From: a virus
Taxonomy: Duplodnaviria; Caudoviricetes
DNA length: 63,254 nucleotides
IMG/VR virus record: IMGVR_UViG_3300049144_000047
Coordinates: 1-63,254 of that record
Direction: 5' to 3' (one strand)
The notes beneath the pieces are model-generated. The model searched no databases. It saw only the letters and a list, made by a program, of their open reading frames with translations, and was not told where the DNA came from. Below, piece after piece: positions 1 to 10,271 of the stretch. A program made the translations under genes and the position numbers. How positions within the stretch are numbered: position 1 is the first letter of the stretch; each line of letters opens with the position of its first letter.

Positions 1-72
1 GACTTTGAGCGTGCGCCTGAGCTGTATTTTTTCGGCCCCTGGTGGGCCGGCCGAGGCCCCAGGAGGGTCGCC

Positions 73-432
73 ATGTCATCGAACCTTGATCCCCCTGCGG
101 GTCTCGGCGCCAAGGCCCTGGTGGTCTGGACTGAGATCTCCGAGGGCTACGACCTGCGGATTGACGAGCTGCGCGTGCTGGAGGACGCCTGCCGGGAGAT
201 CGATCTGATCGAGCGGCTTGAGGCCGAGCTGGAGCACGCAGACCTGATCGTCACCGGCAGCATGGGGCAGCCCGTCGCTTCCCCGCTCGTTCAGGAACTG
301 CGGCAGCATCGCGGCGTCCTGGCCCGCCTGCTTGGCTGGCTGAAGCTGCCGGACGAGGAAGCGCCGGCGAAGGGCAACGCGTCGGCGTCGGCACGCCAGG
401 CGGCTATGGCCCGTTGGGGCCGTGGCGCGTAG
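73..432 (+). CDS. Terminase small subunit (P27-like)
   Basis: GSMGQPVASPL motif, RBS aggagg, overlaps TerL. Confidence 0.85.
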   Translation: MSSNLDPPAGLGAKALVVWTEISEGYDLRIDELRVLEDACREIDLIERLEAELEHADLIVTGSMGQPVASPLVQELRQHRGVLARLLGWLKLPDEEAPAKGNASASARQAAMARWGRGA

Positions 433-2200
433 GCGGTCGGTCGAGCGTCAGGACGACGGGCATGAAGAGGTCATTGCCTGGTACCGCGATCGCCTTTCGG
501 ACGTGGCTCCGCGGCCGGAGTTGGAGTGGGAGCCGAAGCTCATCGGCCCGACTTGGCAGCGGAACCCGGACGGCACTTGGCTGCTGCCTGAGGCCACTTT
601 GGGCTGGGAGGTCCTCGGCTGGTGCGGCGTCTGGCTGCAGCATTCCCGCGGTGTCCCGTGGCGCTTCACCGACGAGCAGGCCCGCTTCTTCCTCTGGTGG
701 TTCGCCCTTGACGAGTCGGGCACTTTCGCTTATCGCGACGGGGTCCTTCAGCGACTGAAGGGCTGGGGCAAAGACCCGGCCGGAGCCTGCCTGTGCGCGG
801 TCGAGGCTCTCGGGCCTTCGCGCTTCGCGGGCTGGGCGTCGGACGGTACGCCGATCGCAACGGACAGCCCGGAGGCGTGGGTTCAGACGGCCGCCGTCAG
901 TCTCGAGCAGACGAAGAACACGATGCGGCTGTTCCCGTCGCTGTTTACGGCGGAGGCAAAGGAGCACTACCGGATCCAGGTTGGCAAGGAGACCGTCAAC
1001 GCGCTGGGCGACTCGCGCCTGATCCAGGCGGTGACGTCGTCGCCGTCGACGCTTGAGGGCGCTCGGGCGACATTCGTTCTGCTCAACGAGACGCACCACT
1101 GGGACTCGTCGAACTCGGGCCACGACATGGCGGCCGTAATTGAGCGCAACGCCACCAAGTCGGCAGACGGCGCGGCCCGCACGTTGCGAATCACGAACGC
1201 CTACGAGCCGGGCCAGGATTCCGTGGCAGAGCAGGACCGGGACGCCTGGGAGGCCGTCGACGCGGGTCGGGTCATGGATTCCGGTCTGCTGTACGACTCG
1301 ATTGAGGCGCCTGCACGGGCTCCGTTGACGGTCGAGGACGCGCCGGCGGTGATCCGGTCGATCCGCGGTGACGCGACGTGGTTGAACGTGGACCGGATTG
1401 TCAAGTCGATCGGCGACGTCCGTAACCCTCCGAGTAGGTCGCGGCGCTTTTGGTACAACCAGATCGTCGCTGCAGAGGATGCCTGGATGGCGCCCTACGA
1501 GTGGGATGCCTGCAAAGCGGATGGCCTCGAAGTCCTGGATGGCGAAGAGGTCGTCCTGTTCTTCGATGGCTCCAAGTCCGATGACGCCACCGCCCTGGCT
1601 GGCTGCAGGATGGCGGACGGGCATGTCATCACGTTCGGGGTGTGGCAGCGGCCCGCGAATTGGGATCTGGATGTCCCGTGGACGGTGCCGCGTGACGAGG
1701 TCGACGGTGTCGTGGAGCGGGCCTTCAACGCGTACAAGGTGCTGGCGTTCTTCTGCGACCCGGGATCGGGCAAGGATGACGACGGCGAACGCTACTGGGA
1801 TCCGTACCTCGACAAGTGGGGGCAAGCGCACGGCGCGAAACTGATCCTGCACGCCGTCACCGCCGGCCCGAAGCAGCACGCGGTCCGCTGGGACATGGGC
1901 GCTCCGCGTCACCAGGAGGAGTTCACCGATGCGGTGAAGCGCACGGGCGAGGACATCCTCGAGCGACGCCTCACGCACGACGGACACAAGGTGATGCGCA
2001 CGCACGTCGCGAACGCCCGGCGCCGCACTAACGCGTGGGGCATCACGATCGGCAAGGAGCACCGTGAATCCGCCCGGAAGATCGACCTTGCGGTGTGCAT
2101 GATCGGGGCGCGCATGCTTCGCCGGAAGCTCCTCAACAGCAAGCAGTACGGGAAGCGGCCGAAGTCGCGCGGCAAGGGACGGGTGGTGGTGCTGCGGTGA
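422..2200 (+). CDS. Terminase large subunit
   Basis: Walker A RLKGWGKD, Walker B LLNETHHW, nuclease FDGSKSDDAT and KIDLAV. Confidence 0.95.
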   Translation: MARRRSVERQDDGHEEVIAWYRDRLSDVAPRPELEWEPKLIGPTWQRNPDGTWLLPEATLGWEVLGWCGVWLQHSRGVPWRFTDEQARFFLWWFALDESGTFAYRDGVLQRLKGWGKDPAGACLCAVEALGPSRFAGWASDGTPIATDSPEAWVQTAAVSLEQTKNTMRLFPSLFTAEAKEHYRIQVGKETVNALGDSRLIQAVTSSPSTLEGARATFVLLNETHHWDSSNSGHDMAAVIERNATKSADGAARTLRITNAYEPGQDSVAEQDRDAWEAVDAGRVMDSGLLYDSIEAPARAPLTVEDAPAVIRSIRGDATWLNVDRIVKSIGDVRNPPSRSRRFWYNQIVAAEDAWMAPYEWDACKADGLEVLDGEEVVLFFDGSKSDDATALAGCRMADGHVITFGVWQRPANWDLDVPWTVPRDEVDGVVERAFNAYKVLAFFCDPGSGKDDDGERYWDPYLDKWGQAHGAKLILHAVTAGPKQHAVRWDMGAPRHQEEFTDAVKRTGEDILERRLTHDGHKVMRTHVANARRRTNAWGITIGKEHRESARKIDLAVCMIGARMLRRKLLNSKQYGKRPKSRGKGRVVVLR

Positions 2201-3663
2201 CCCTCTCGGTCCCTGAACTTCCGCTGGTATATCTGTCGGACGACGAGCTCGCGCTGATCAACATACTGCGTGCGGATATGCAGCGTGACCGGTGGGCTCT
2301 GCTCCTGCGGGATGCGTACTTCAACGGTGAGCAGCTGGTCCGAGACCTGGGCATCTCAATCCCGCCGCAGTTGAAGGGCCTGCACACGGTCATCGGCTGG
2401 CCCCGGGTGGGCGTCGAGTCCCTGGAGGAGCGCCTGGACCTGGAGGCGTTCCGTTGGGCGGACGGTTCGGATTCGTCGGACCTGGCTGAGATCGCCGATG
2501 CCAACGATCTGTTCGACGAGTCGTCCCTCGCGCACTTGGACTCCCTGGTGTACGGCCGCGAGTATCTGGCGGTCGGTTCGGGGGATTGCGGCACGGATGA
2601 CTGCCCGCCGTTGATCTCGGCCGAGTCGCCGCTGGATATGACGCTGATGTGGGATGCCCGCCTGCGGATGGGCACGGCGGCGCTGCGGGAGTGCCAGGCT
2701 GACGGATTCGTCGAGTCGGGCCCTGAGGAGCGGATGATCGTCCTCTATCTGCCGGATCAGACCATCACCGCTCTGCCGTCCCCGTCGGGCGGCTGGGAGG
2801 TCGTCGACCGGGACATCCACAACCTGGGTGTCGTTCCGGTGGTGCGGATGGCGAACCGGCAGCGCACCGCGGACCGTGTCGGCAAGAGTGAGATCACCCC
2901 GGAGGTCATGTCGATCACGGATGCGGCGTGTCGGCGTCTGATGGGCATGGAGGTTGCGGCCGAGTTCTTCGGGGCTCCGCAGCGTTACATTCTCGGCGCG
3001 TCCGAGTCCGCGTTCCAGGACGCTGAGGGCAACGCGAAGTCGGCGTGGGAGACGTACATCGGCCGCGTGCTCGCCCTGGAGCGGGACGAGGACGGCCAGG
3101 TTCCGACGGTCGGCCAGTTCGCCGCGCACGATCCGACGGCGATGACCCGGATCATCGACCTGTACGCGCGGATCATGTCGAGCCAGTTCGGGCTGCCACC
3201 GCACATGCTCGGCTACACCACGGACAACCCGGCGAGCGCCGATGCCATCCGGTCGACCGAGGCGAAACTGGTGAAGCGCTCTGAGCGGCGGATTCGCAGG
3301 TATGGGGCGGCGTGGCAGCAGGCTATGCGCCTGGCCCTGTGGGTGCGTGATGGGGAGCCGCCGGACAAGACTCGCCGGATCGAGACGGTGTGGCGGAACC
3401 CGGCGACACCGACGGTGGCCGCGCAGGCGGACGCCACGGTGAAACTGGTCCAGGCGGGCATCCTGCCGGCGGATTCCGACGTCACGCTGGAGATGGCGGG
3501 ACTGACCGAGGGGCAGCGGCAGCGTGTTCGGGCGGATCGCCGCCTGTCTGGTGCCGCGGCTACCGGTGGGCGCCTGTTGGACCGTTTGGCCGGGCTGGAC
3601 AGTCAGCGCGCCGCGCCACTGCCGGATGTGGTGGAGGTCGACGGTGGCGACGACGGTCTCTGA
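2197..3663 (+). CDS. Portal protein
   Basis: GTGA overlap with TerL; GWPRVGVESLEERL, PQRYILG, NPASADAI. Confidence 0.9.
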   Translation: MTLSVPELPLVYLSDDELALINILRADMQRDRWALLLRDAYFNGEQLVRDLGISIPPQLKGLHTVIGWPRVGVESLEERLDLEAFRWADGSDSSDLAEIADANDLFDESSLAHLDSLVYGREYLAVGSGDCGTDDCPPLISAESPLDMTLMWDARLRMGTAALRECQADGFVESGPEERMIVLYLPDQTITALPSPSGGWEVVDRDIHNLGVVPVVRMANRQRTADRVGKSEITPEVMSITDAACRRLMGMEVAAEFFGAPQRYILGASESAFQDAEGNAKSAWETYIGRVLALERDEDGQVPTVGQFAAHDPTAMTRIIDLYARIMSSQFGLPPHMLGYTTDNPASADAIRSTEAKLVKRSERRIRRYGAAWQQAMRLALWVRDGEPPDKTRRIETVWRNPATPTVAAQADATVKLVQAGILPADSDVTLEMAGLTEGQRQRVRADRRLSGAAATGGRLLDRLAGLDSQRAAPLPDVVEVDGGDDGL

Positions 3664-4393
3664 TGGTGGCCGTGATCCTGACCGGTATCGGGCTGCGCAG
3701 CGCGGCCTTTCGCGGTTGCTGTTGCGGGATGTGCGCGGGCTGCGGCGTCTGATCATCCCGTCCCGGTTGCGGTCTTCGATGCCGGATTGGTTCGCTGCCG
3801 TGCAGGCGGTGGTTGACCAGTACGCGCAGACGTCGGCCGCTTTGGGTGCCGAGTTCTACGACGCCCAGCGGGAGACTGCCGGGGTGACGGACTCGTTCAC
3901 TGTGCCGGTTGCCGATCCGCCGCCCGAGGAGCGCACGGAGGCGAGCCTGAGGTGGGCGACGAAGGACGTGTGGGAGCGAGATCCCGACGTTGCGACGCCC
4001 GCGCAGCTTGAGCCTCTCGATGTCCGGCTGGAGCAGGCGGAGAAAAAGGCCGAGTTGGTGGTGCAGAAGCTGGTCGCTGACACGGGCCGCGAGACGGTTC
4101 TCGAAGCGGTGCGCCAGGACCGGCAGGCGACCGCGTGGGCCCGTTCGGCAGCCCTGGGTGCCTGCGCCTTCTGCCGGATGCTCGCGATACGGGGCGCCGT
4201 CTATAAGCGGGACACGGTCGACTTCCGCGCCCACGATGGCTGCCACTGCATGACCATTCCCGTCTTCGCTGGGCAGCGGTTCGAGCTGTCCGACAAGGCC
4301 AAGGAGTGGGAGCGGCTGTACCGGGAGTACGCCGCGCCCTACTCGGGAGATCAGCTCCGCCGGTTCAGGCGGGCCATAGCCGAGCACGGCTGA
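3644..4393 (+). CDS. Capsid maturation / MuF-like minor head protein
   Basis: CAFCRMLA and HDGCHC motifs; follows portal. Confidence 0.75.
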   Translation: MATTVSDGGRDPDRYRAAQRGLSRLLLRDVRGLRRLIIPSRLRSSMPDWFAAVQAVVDQYAQTSAALGAEFYDAQRETAGVTDSFTVPVADPPPEERTEASLRWATKDVWERDPDVATPAQLEPLDVRLEQAEKKAELVVQKLVADTGRETVLEAVRQDRQATAWARSAALGACAFCRMLAIRGAVYKRDTVDFRAHDGCHCMTIPVFAGQRFELSDKAKEWERLYREYAAPYSGDQLRRFRRAIAEHG

Positions 4394-4472
4394 GAGCCGA
4401 GCTCACTGTTCAACGAGGTCGCCCTGGTGGTGGCCTTTCTCATTTCCACAGCCCCTGGAGGGCCGATTCGTC

Positions 4473-5108
4473 ATGCCCGAAGAGAACGAGCAGAGCACCG
4501 AGCAGCAGGACACCGGCACCGAGGAGACCGTCGATGAGACGGCGGCCGAGGAGAACGGCACCACGGCCGCGGATGACGCCCAGGAGGCGGACGCCGGCGG
4601 CGAGGGGAAGCCGTTCGACCGGAAGAAGTTCGAGGCCGAGCTGCGCAAGAAGAACAGTGAAGCCGCGAACCTCCGCAAGCGCCTGAAGGAGCTGGAGCCG
4701 GCGGCTGCCGAACTGCAGCGCATCAAGGACGCGGAGAAGACCGAGTCCGAGCGCCTCAACGACCAGCTGGAACGCGCTCGCGAGCAGGTGGCGAAGACGC
4801 GTCTGCGTCTGGCGCGCACGCAGGTGCAGGCCCTCGCGATGACGTCCTTCGCCGACCCGGAGGACGCGGTCGGCGCGCTGGACCTCGACTCGTACATCGA
4901 CTCTGACGGCGACATCGACGAGGCGGCCATTGAGGTCGACCTCCAGGCGCTTTTGGAGCGCAAGCCGCACTGGGCGAAATCCCAGCCCCAGGAGGGCCCG
5001 CGGCGTCCCGCACCGGACCGCACACAGGCGTCCGGCGCCAACAAGACAAGGCCCCCCGCCCCGGGCGACGAATTCGCCGGGTGGCTGACGCCGCAGCTCA
5101 AGCAGTAG
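4473..5108 (+). CDS. Scaffolding protein
   Basis: Acidic N-terminus, coiled coil, precedes capsid gene. Confidence 0.8.
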   Translation: MPEENEQSTEQQDTGTEETVDETAAEENGTTAADDAQEADAGGEGKPFDRKKFEAELRKKNSEAANLRKRLKELEPAAAELQRIKDAEKTESERLNDQLERAREQVAKTRLRLARTQVQALAMTSFADPEDAVGALDLDSYIDSDGDIDEAAIEVDLQALLERKPHWAKSQPQEGPRRPAPDRTQASGANKTRPPAPGDEFAGWLTPQLKQ

Positions 5109-5129
5109 TTGCGGAGAAGGAAGGACCCC

Positions 5130-6083
5130 ATGGCTACGGCCCCGATCAAGCTGTCCGATGTCAACGCTTCACTCCTCCCGCGAACCCTCGCGGGACCGAT
5201 CTTCGAGAAGTCGGTGGAGCAGTCGGCGGTGATGGCTCTGGCGCGCCGCGCCCCGCTGGCGATCGACGCCACCACGTCCGTGCCGATCCCGATGGACGTG
5301 CCGACCGCGGACTGGGTCGGGCAGGCGCAGAAGAAGCCGCTGTCGTCCGGCAGCGTCGGCGTGAAGGAGATGACGGCGAAGAAGCTCGCCGTCCTCATCC
5401 CGGTCGCCGAAGAGGTCGTCATGACCAACGCGGGCGGCCTGTGGACGCAGCTGCAGACCGACCTGCCGACGGCGTTCGCGCGGGCCTTCGACCACGCGGC
5501 GATCCACGGCAAGACGATGAAGGGCGCCACCGGGCCGTTCGCCGACTACATGGCGATGACCAGCAACGCGGTAGCGCTGGGCACGAAGACGCAGGCGCAG
5601 GGCGGCATCTGGGCCGACCTGGTGACCGGCATGGAGCTGGTCATCGACGATGACTGGGACTACACCGGCACGATCGCGGACCACCGCCTGAAGCCGAAGC
5701 TGCTGCTGGCGACGGACACGACGGGCCGGCCGATCCTCGTCGACACGACCACGCCGGGCACGAACATGGCGTCGGCGGGCACGCTGATCGGCGAGCCGCT
5801 GGCGTACTCCCGGTCGGTGTCGGGCAAGCAACGCCGCCAGTCGGCGTCGACGGACACGGGTCTGCGTGGGATCGGTGGGGACTTCTCGCAGGCGGCATTT
5901 GGCGTAGGTATGGACATTACGGTCCGTATCAGCAAGGAAGCCACCTACGTCGATGAGGACGGCAACGTCGTGTCGGCGTTCCAGAACAACCTGGTGCTGC
6001 TGCTGGCCGAGGCCTACTACGGCTACGTGCAGGGCGACCCGGACGCGTTCGTGAAGTTCACCGGCACCCCGAGCGGTTCCTGA
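5130..6083 (+). CDS. Major capsid protein (HK97 fold)
   Basis: KKLAVLIPV, GDFSQ, FQNNLV motifs. Confidence 0.92.
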   Translation: MATAPIKLSDVNASLLPRTLAGPIFEKSVEQSAVMALARRAPLAIDATTSVPIPMDVPTADWVGQAQKKPLSSGSVGVKEMTAKKLAVLIPVAEEVVMTNAGGLWTQLQTDLPTAFARAFDHAAIHGKTMKGATGPFADYMAMTSNAVALGTKTQAQGGIWADLVTGMELVIDDDWDYTGTIADHRLKPKLLLATDTTGRPILVDTTTPGTNMASAGTLIGEPLAYSRSVSGKQRRQSASTDTGLRGIGGDFSQAAFGVGMDITVRISKEATYVDEDGNVVSAFQNNLVLLLAEAYYGYVQGDPDAFVKFTGTPSGS

Positions 6084-7117
6084 TGGCGAGGGCTGTCCCG
6101 GCTTCCGCGCCGGGCGGGGCAGCCAAGCCGCTGTCCATCGTCGCCAGGGTTCACGCCATGCCGCCAGAGCACAATGCGGGCGCCGAGCACATGCTCGTAT
6201 CGATGCTCCGGCCGCTGGCGGAGCGCGGGCACGACGTGTCCGTGTGGCTGTCCCGCTACGGCAAGGCCCACAAGGAATACGAGTACCGCGGCATCAAGGT
6301 GGTGCCGTTGGAGTCGCGGCTGGACTTCCCGAACGCGGTGAAGCGCTCCGACGTGCTGCTCGCTCATCTGGAGACGGTGCCGTCGGCGGCGTCTCTGGCC
6401 CGCGGGTGGGGCAAGCCGCTGATCGTGGTCTGCCACAACACGCACCGGCCGACGTTCCGGGATGCTGCGGCGGGCGGGACTGCGCTGGCGGTCTACAACT
6501 CGCAGTGGATGGAGCGGGAGGCGGAACTCTTCTTCGCCGAGTATCCGAAGTCCATCCGCCCTGAGTCGTCGCTGATCGTGCGTCCGCCGGTGTTCGCCGA
6601 CGAGTACGCGACGAAACCCGGCAAGGCCATCACGCTGATCAACTGCAACCCAGAGAAGGGCGGCAAGGTCCTCGACGCGCTGGCCCGCCGCATGCCGGAT
6701 CAGCCGTTCCTTGCCGTGAAGGGCGCCTACGGCGAGCAAGTCCTCCCGGACCTGCCCAACGTGGAGATCGTCGAGCACGTTCGCGGCGAGGACATGCGGG
6801 AGCAGGTGTACGCCCGCACCCGCGTCCTGCTGATGCCGTCGTCCTACGAGTCCTGGGGTCGCGCCGGCGTTGAGGCGTTGGCGAGCGGCATCCCCGTCCT
6901 GGCCCACCCGACTCCGGGCCTCACCGAGTCGCTGGGCGAGGCAGGGATTTTCGTCGACCGGAACGACGTGGCCGGCTACGAGGCGGTGTTGCGAAAGCTC
7001 GCGGTGGCGGCCGAGTACCGGCTGGCGTCGAAGCGGGCGAAGGTCCGGTCTGCCGAACTCGATCCGGCCGCTGATCTGGCTGCCTGGTGCGATGCCGTGG
7101 AGTCGCTGGCTCGTTAG
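6083..7117 (+). CDS. Glycosyltransferase (GT-B fold, GT4-like)
   Basis: NAGAE N-terminal motif, EKGG, PSSYESWGRAGVEALASGIPV (E-x7-E). Confidence 0.88.
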   Translation: MARAVPASAPGGAAKPLSIVARVHAMPPEHNAGAEHMLVSMLRPLAERGHDVSVWLSRYGKAHKEYEYRGIKVVPLESRLDFPNAVKRSDVLLAHLETVPSAASLARGWGKPLIVVCHNTHRPTFRDAAAGGTALAVYNSQWMEREAELFFAEYPKSIRPESSLIVRPPVFADEYATKPGKAITLINCNPEKGGKVLDALARRMPDQPFLAVKGAYGEQVLPDLPNVEIVEHVRGEDMREQVYARTRVLLMPSSYESWGRAGVEALASGIPVLAHPTPGLTESLGEAGIFVDRNDVAGYEAVLRKLAVAAEYRLASKRAKVRSAELDPAADLAAWCDAVESLAR

Positions 7118-7125
7118 GAGGCGTT

Positions 7126-7539
7126 GTGGCTTTCGTCCCTCCGACCGCCGAACAGCTCGGCCTGTACCTGGGGCTCGACGAGATCCAGGGCAACCGTGCG
7201 GACCTGCTGATCACGACGGCGGTCGCCCTCTGCCAGACGGTGGTGAAGCCGCTCCCTGAGGGCGCGGAGGCTGTTGTCTTGTCGGTGGCGGGCCGCGCTT
7301 ACGTGAATCCGCAGCAGGTCAGTTACGAGACGATCGGCCCGATGTCGGTGCAGCGCCCCCAGGGTTCTGGTGGCCTGTACCTGACGAAGGCCGACAAGTC
7401 GGCACTCAAGTCGTTGGCGGGCCGCGGCGGGGCGTTCACGGTGGATCCGACGCCGTCGACTGCGGATCCGTCACCGACGTGGCCGATCGACGACGCCGGT
7501 TTCGCCGACGAGTTCGAGCCCGGCTGGGGCTACACCTGA
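7126..7539 (+). CDS. Head-to-tail adaptor
   Basis: NPQQVSYETIGP..GGLYLT; synteny. Confidence 0.75.
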   Translation: MAFVPPTAEQLGLYLGLDEIQGNRADLLITTAVALCQTVVKPLPEGAEAVVLSVAGRAYVNPQQVSYETIGPMSVQRPQGSGGLYLTKADKSALKSLAGRGGAFTVDPTPSTADPSPTWPIDDAGFADEFEPGWGYT

Positions 7540-7910
7540 TGCCGGCCCCGTACCCGTTCGGCGAGACGGTTCGGATCGTGCGTACCGGCCCGTCGCCGGG
7601 CCGGGATCCGCGCGGACAGCCGTTGCCGGGCCCGGATGAGTCGTTCGACATCGAGGGTTGTGTGGTGACGCCGCGGGCGGAGACGCCGCAGGTGGGCGGT
7701 AGTCAGCAGCAGGACCGGGACACGGTCATCGTCGGCTGGACGGTGTACGCCCCTGCCGACCATCCGGGGATGCCGCTGCGCACGACGGACGGGGCTGTGA
7801 TTCGCGGCGTGAGGTGTGAGATCACGGGCGAGCCGGGCGACTGGGGCCGGTCCCCGTTCACCGGCACCCGCGGCGTGGTCCAGTTCGCTGCCGACCGCGT
7901 CACTGGCTGA
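7539..7910 (+). CDS. Head-to-tail stopper/closure protein
   Basis: Synteny; GEPGDW..SPFTG. Confidence 0.7.
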   Translation: MPAPYPFGETVRIVRTGPSPGRDPRGQPLPGPDESFDIEGCVVTPRAETPQVGGSQQQDRDTVIVGWTVYAPADHPGMPLRTTDGAVIRGVRCEITGEPGDWGRSPFTGTRGVVQFAADRVTG

Positions 7911-7928
7911 ACAGGGAGGCGGTGGACG

Positions 7929-8258
7929 GTGCCTGCCAAGTTCAAGATGAAGCGCAAGGGCGTGGGCCAGCTACTGCGGTCGCCAGCGATGCAGGCGGAG
8001 ATGCTGCGGCGTGCCGAGGTCATCAAAGGCGTGGCGATCGGGATCTCGCCAGTCGACGAACACAGCCCCCGCCCGGGCCACTACAAGGAGTCGTGGGAGA
8101 CGGACAGCACGTCCCGAGGCGGGCGGAACAGGGACCGCGCCGTGGCGACGGTCCGCAACACCGCGTACTACGCCCGCTGGGTGGAGTACGGCACGGAGAA
8201 AGTGCACGCCCATCATGTGCTGCTTCGGGCAGCCCAGTTGGGCGGGCGGAACCAGTGA
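7929..8258 (+). CDS. HK97 gp10-like neck protein
   Basis: SPVD..PGHY, YARWVEYGT. Confidence 0.75.
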   Translation: MPAKFKMKRKGVGQLLRSPAMQAEMLRRAEVIKGVAIGISPVDEHSPRPGHYKESWETDSTSRGGRNRDRAVATVRNTAYYARWVEYGTEKVHAHHVLLRAAQLGGRNQ

Positions 8259-8647
8259 CCGCCATTGTCGACATTGAGCTGGAGCTCATTACCCGCGCCA
8301 CGGCGCGGTTCCCGGATGCGGTGGTGCGGGACGAGCTCGACAACAACCTGCTGAACGAGTTGCCGACGATCCAGATTCAGCAGATCCCTGGCGGCGGCGA
8401 TGACGGGCTGAGGCTCGGTCGGATGCTCGTCGACATCGACGTGTACGCCGCCACCAGGGCTGACGCCATCACACGGGCCCGCGAGGTTCACGACTGGGTG
8501 ACCCGCGAGCTTCGCGGCTCGACCAGCGACACCGCCGTCATCGGCCGCACAGGCGGCCTGACGCTGCCCGCACCTCGCCCCTATGACAACACCGCCCTGC
8601 GCCGCGTGGGGGCGACCTACGAAATCTTCTGCCACCCGGTCTCCTGA
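8255..8647 (+). CDS. Tail terminator
   Basis: VDIDVYA motif; precedes major tail gene. Confidence 0.7.
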   Translation: MTAIVDIELELITRATARFPDAVVRDELDNNLLNELPTIQIQQIPGGGDDGLRLGRMLVDIDVYAATRADAITRAREVHDWVTRELRGSTSDTAVIGRTGGLTLPAPRPYDNTALRRVGATYEIFCHPVS

Positions 8648-8719
8648 CCGACGGCTGGGCCCGCGCCGGACCCGTTTCTCCCGCCCGTGCGCGGGCTCTT
8701 CCATGTCTGGAGACATCTC

Positions 8720-9307
8720 ATGGTCAACATCACCCGCGCTGCGGATCTCGCCCTGGTGGGTGCAAATGGCGGCGTCTGGGTTGCGCCTGTCGGTACCGCG
8801 TCCGTGGCGTCGCCCCTCATTCAGCCGCAGGCCCCGTGGGAGCCCCTTGGGGCACTCAGCGACGACGGCCTCACCTACGGGTTCGACGAGGACAGCCAGG
8901 AGTTCACGCCGTGGGGGTTGAGCAGTCCCTTCCGCACCCAGATCACCAAGTCCGTGAGGACGTTCGGTTTCACGGTCTGGGAGACGAGCCGAGTGGTCGT
9001 GAACTCGCTCCAGTACCGCCTGGACACGGCAGATCTGGAGCCGGACGGCGACGGTCTGACCAAGTACGCGGAAACTGCCAGCCCGGTGCCGGACCGGCGT
9101 GCGTTCTGGTTCCTGGTGATCGACGGTGACGCCTACAAGGGCTTCTACGTGCCGCAGGGCGAGATCAACGACCGGTCCGACGTGACGTTCAAACAGGACG
9201 AGATGTCCGGCTACGAGTGGACGATCACCACCTACCCGGACGCCAGCGGAAACACCGTTTACCACATCGACAAGCTGCCCGCGACGCCTGCCTACAGCGG
9301 CTCCTGA
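8720..9307 (+). CDS. Major tail tube protein
   Basis: LGALSDDG, YEWTITTYPD. Confidence 0.85.
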   Translation: MVNITRAADLALVGANGGVWVAPVGTASVASPLIQPQAPWEPLGALSDDGLTYGFDEDSQEFTPWGLSSPFRTQITKSVRTFGFTVWETSRVVVNSLQYRLDTADLEPDGDGLTKYAETASPVPDRRAFWFLVIDGDAYKGFYVPQGEINDRSDVTFKQDEMSGYEWTITTYPDASGNTVYHIDKLPATPAYSGS

Positions 9308-9401
9308 GCTGGTGGGCGGGCTGGTATAGCCAGCCGGCGCGGGCCCGGCCCGCCCACCTCACTTTCCCTGTCCCGCGCCATCGCAGAAGGAGACCCGCGC
9401 C

Positions 9402-9836
9402 ATGGCCACAAGCCCCCGAAAGACCACCGCAAGCAGCAGGAAGCCGCGCACCGCCGCGAGGACCGCAGCCCGCCCGGCTGCGGCACGTCGCGACATCGAG
9501 CCGGAGGAGTACGACGAGCCGGACGTCACCGAGGCGGAAGCGCAGGAATCCGAGGCAGTCAACAAGTACGTGACCGGGGAACTGTGCGGCGAGGAAGTCC
9601 GAATCATCCCGCCCGGCGCCTGGCGCCAGTCCTGGCGGCGTCTGCTGATGGTCGGGCAGATCGACGACTTCGCCGAAATCGTCCTGCATCCTGACGACTA
9701 CGCCCTGTACGAGGAACTCGACCCGACGAACGACGAGTTCGGCGACCTCGTGAATACGGCGGCGGAGCGTGCCGGTGAGAGCCTGGGGAAATCGAGTGGA
9801 CCCGATCCGTCGTCGAGGCGCACGCGGAGGCGGTAG
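9402..9836 (+). CDS. Tail assembly chaperone (G)
   Basis: Between tail tube and tape measure; slippery site near 3' end. Confidence 0.8.
   Translation: MATSPRKTTASSRKPRTAARTAARPAAARRDIEPEEYDEPDVTEAEAQESEAVNKYVTGELCGEEVRIIPPGAWRQSWRRLLMVGQIDDFAEIVLHPDDYALYEELDPTNDEFGDLVNTAAERAGESLGKSSGPDPSSRRTRRR
9785..9791 (+). other. -1 programmed frameshift site GGGGAAA
   Basis: CTG GGG AAA; -1 frame is open from 9791 to 10252. Confidence 0.8.
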
Positions 9837-10252
9837 AGGGAGACCTCGCCTTCTACTACCCGCGGGACGCCGACCAGCTTGACGCCTACTACCGGGGCGA
9901 GATGGCGGCTCGGCGCCTGCGGGTGCTGATTCAGCGGCTGCCGCCGGAGTCGGCGACGTGGACCGCACTGCGGAACGCGATGTCCGACGAGGAGCTGGCG
10001 GAGCAGGCGGAGAAAGGCGAGCCGGAGAAGGCGTCCTGGTCGCAGGTTGAGCAACTGCTCGCCGTGATCGCCGACCGGGTGGCCCGCCTTGAGTACGTGC
10101 TGATCAGCGTCAACACCGAGAAGAAATCGCAGCGCCCGAAGGCACCGGAGCCGATCCGCCGCCCCGGCGCGAAGCCGGTGAAGGTAAAGCACAAACTCAC
10201 CGAAGATCAGGCTAGCCAGTTGTGGTCATGGCTCGGCGGAGGCGCCGCATAG
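9791..10252 (+). CDS. Tail assembly chaperone frameshift extension (G-T)
   Basis: IEWTRSVVEAH..RRLRVLIQRLPPES in -1 frame. Confidence 0.8.
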   Translation: MEWTRSVVEAHAEAVEGDLAFYYPRDADQLDAYYRGEMAARRLRVLIQRLPPESATWTALRNAMSDEELAEQAEKGEPEKASWSQVEQLLAVIADRVARLEYVLISVNTEKKSQRPKAPEPIRRPGAKPVKVKHKLTEDQASQLWSWLGGGAA

Positions 10253-10271
10253 CGCTGAGGGGAGGCCCTCA

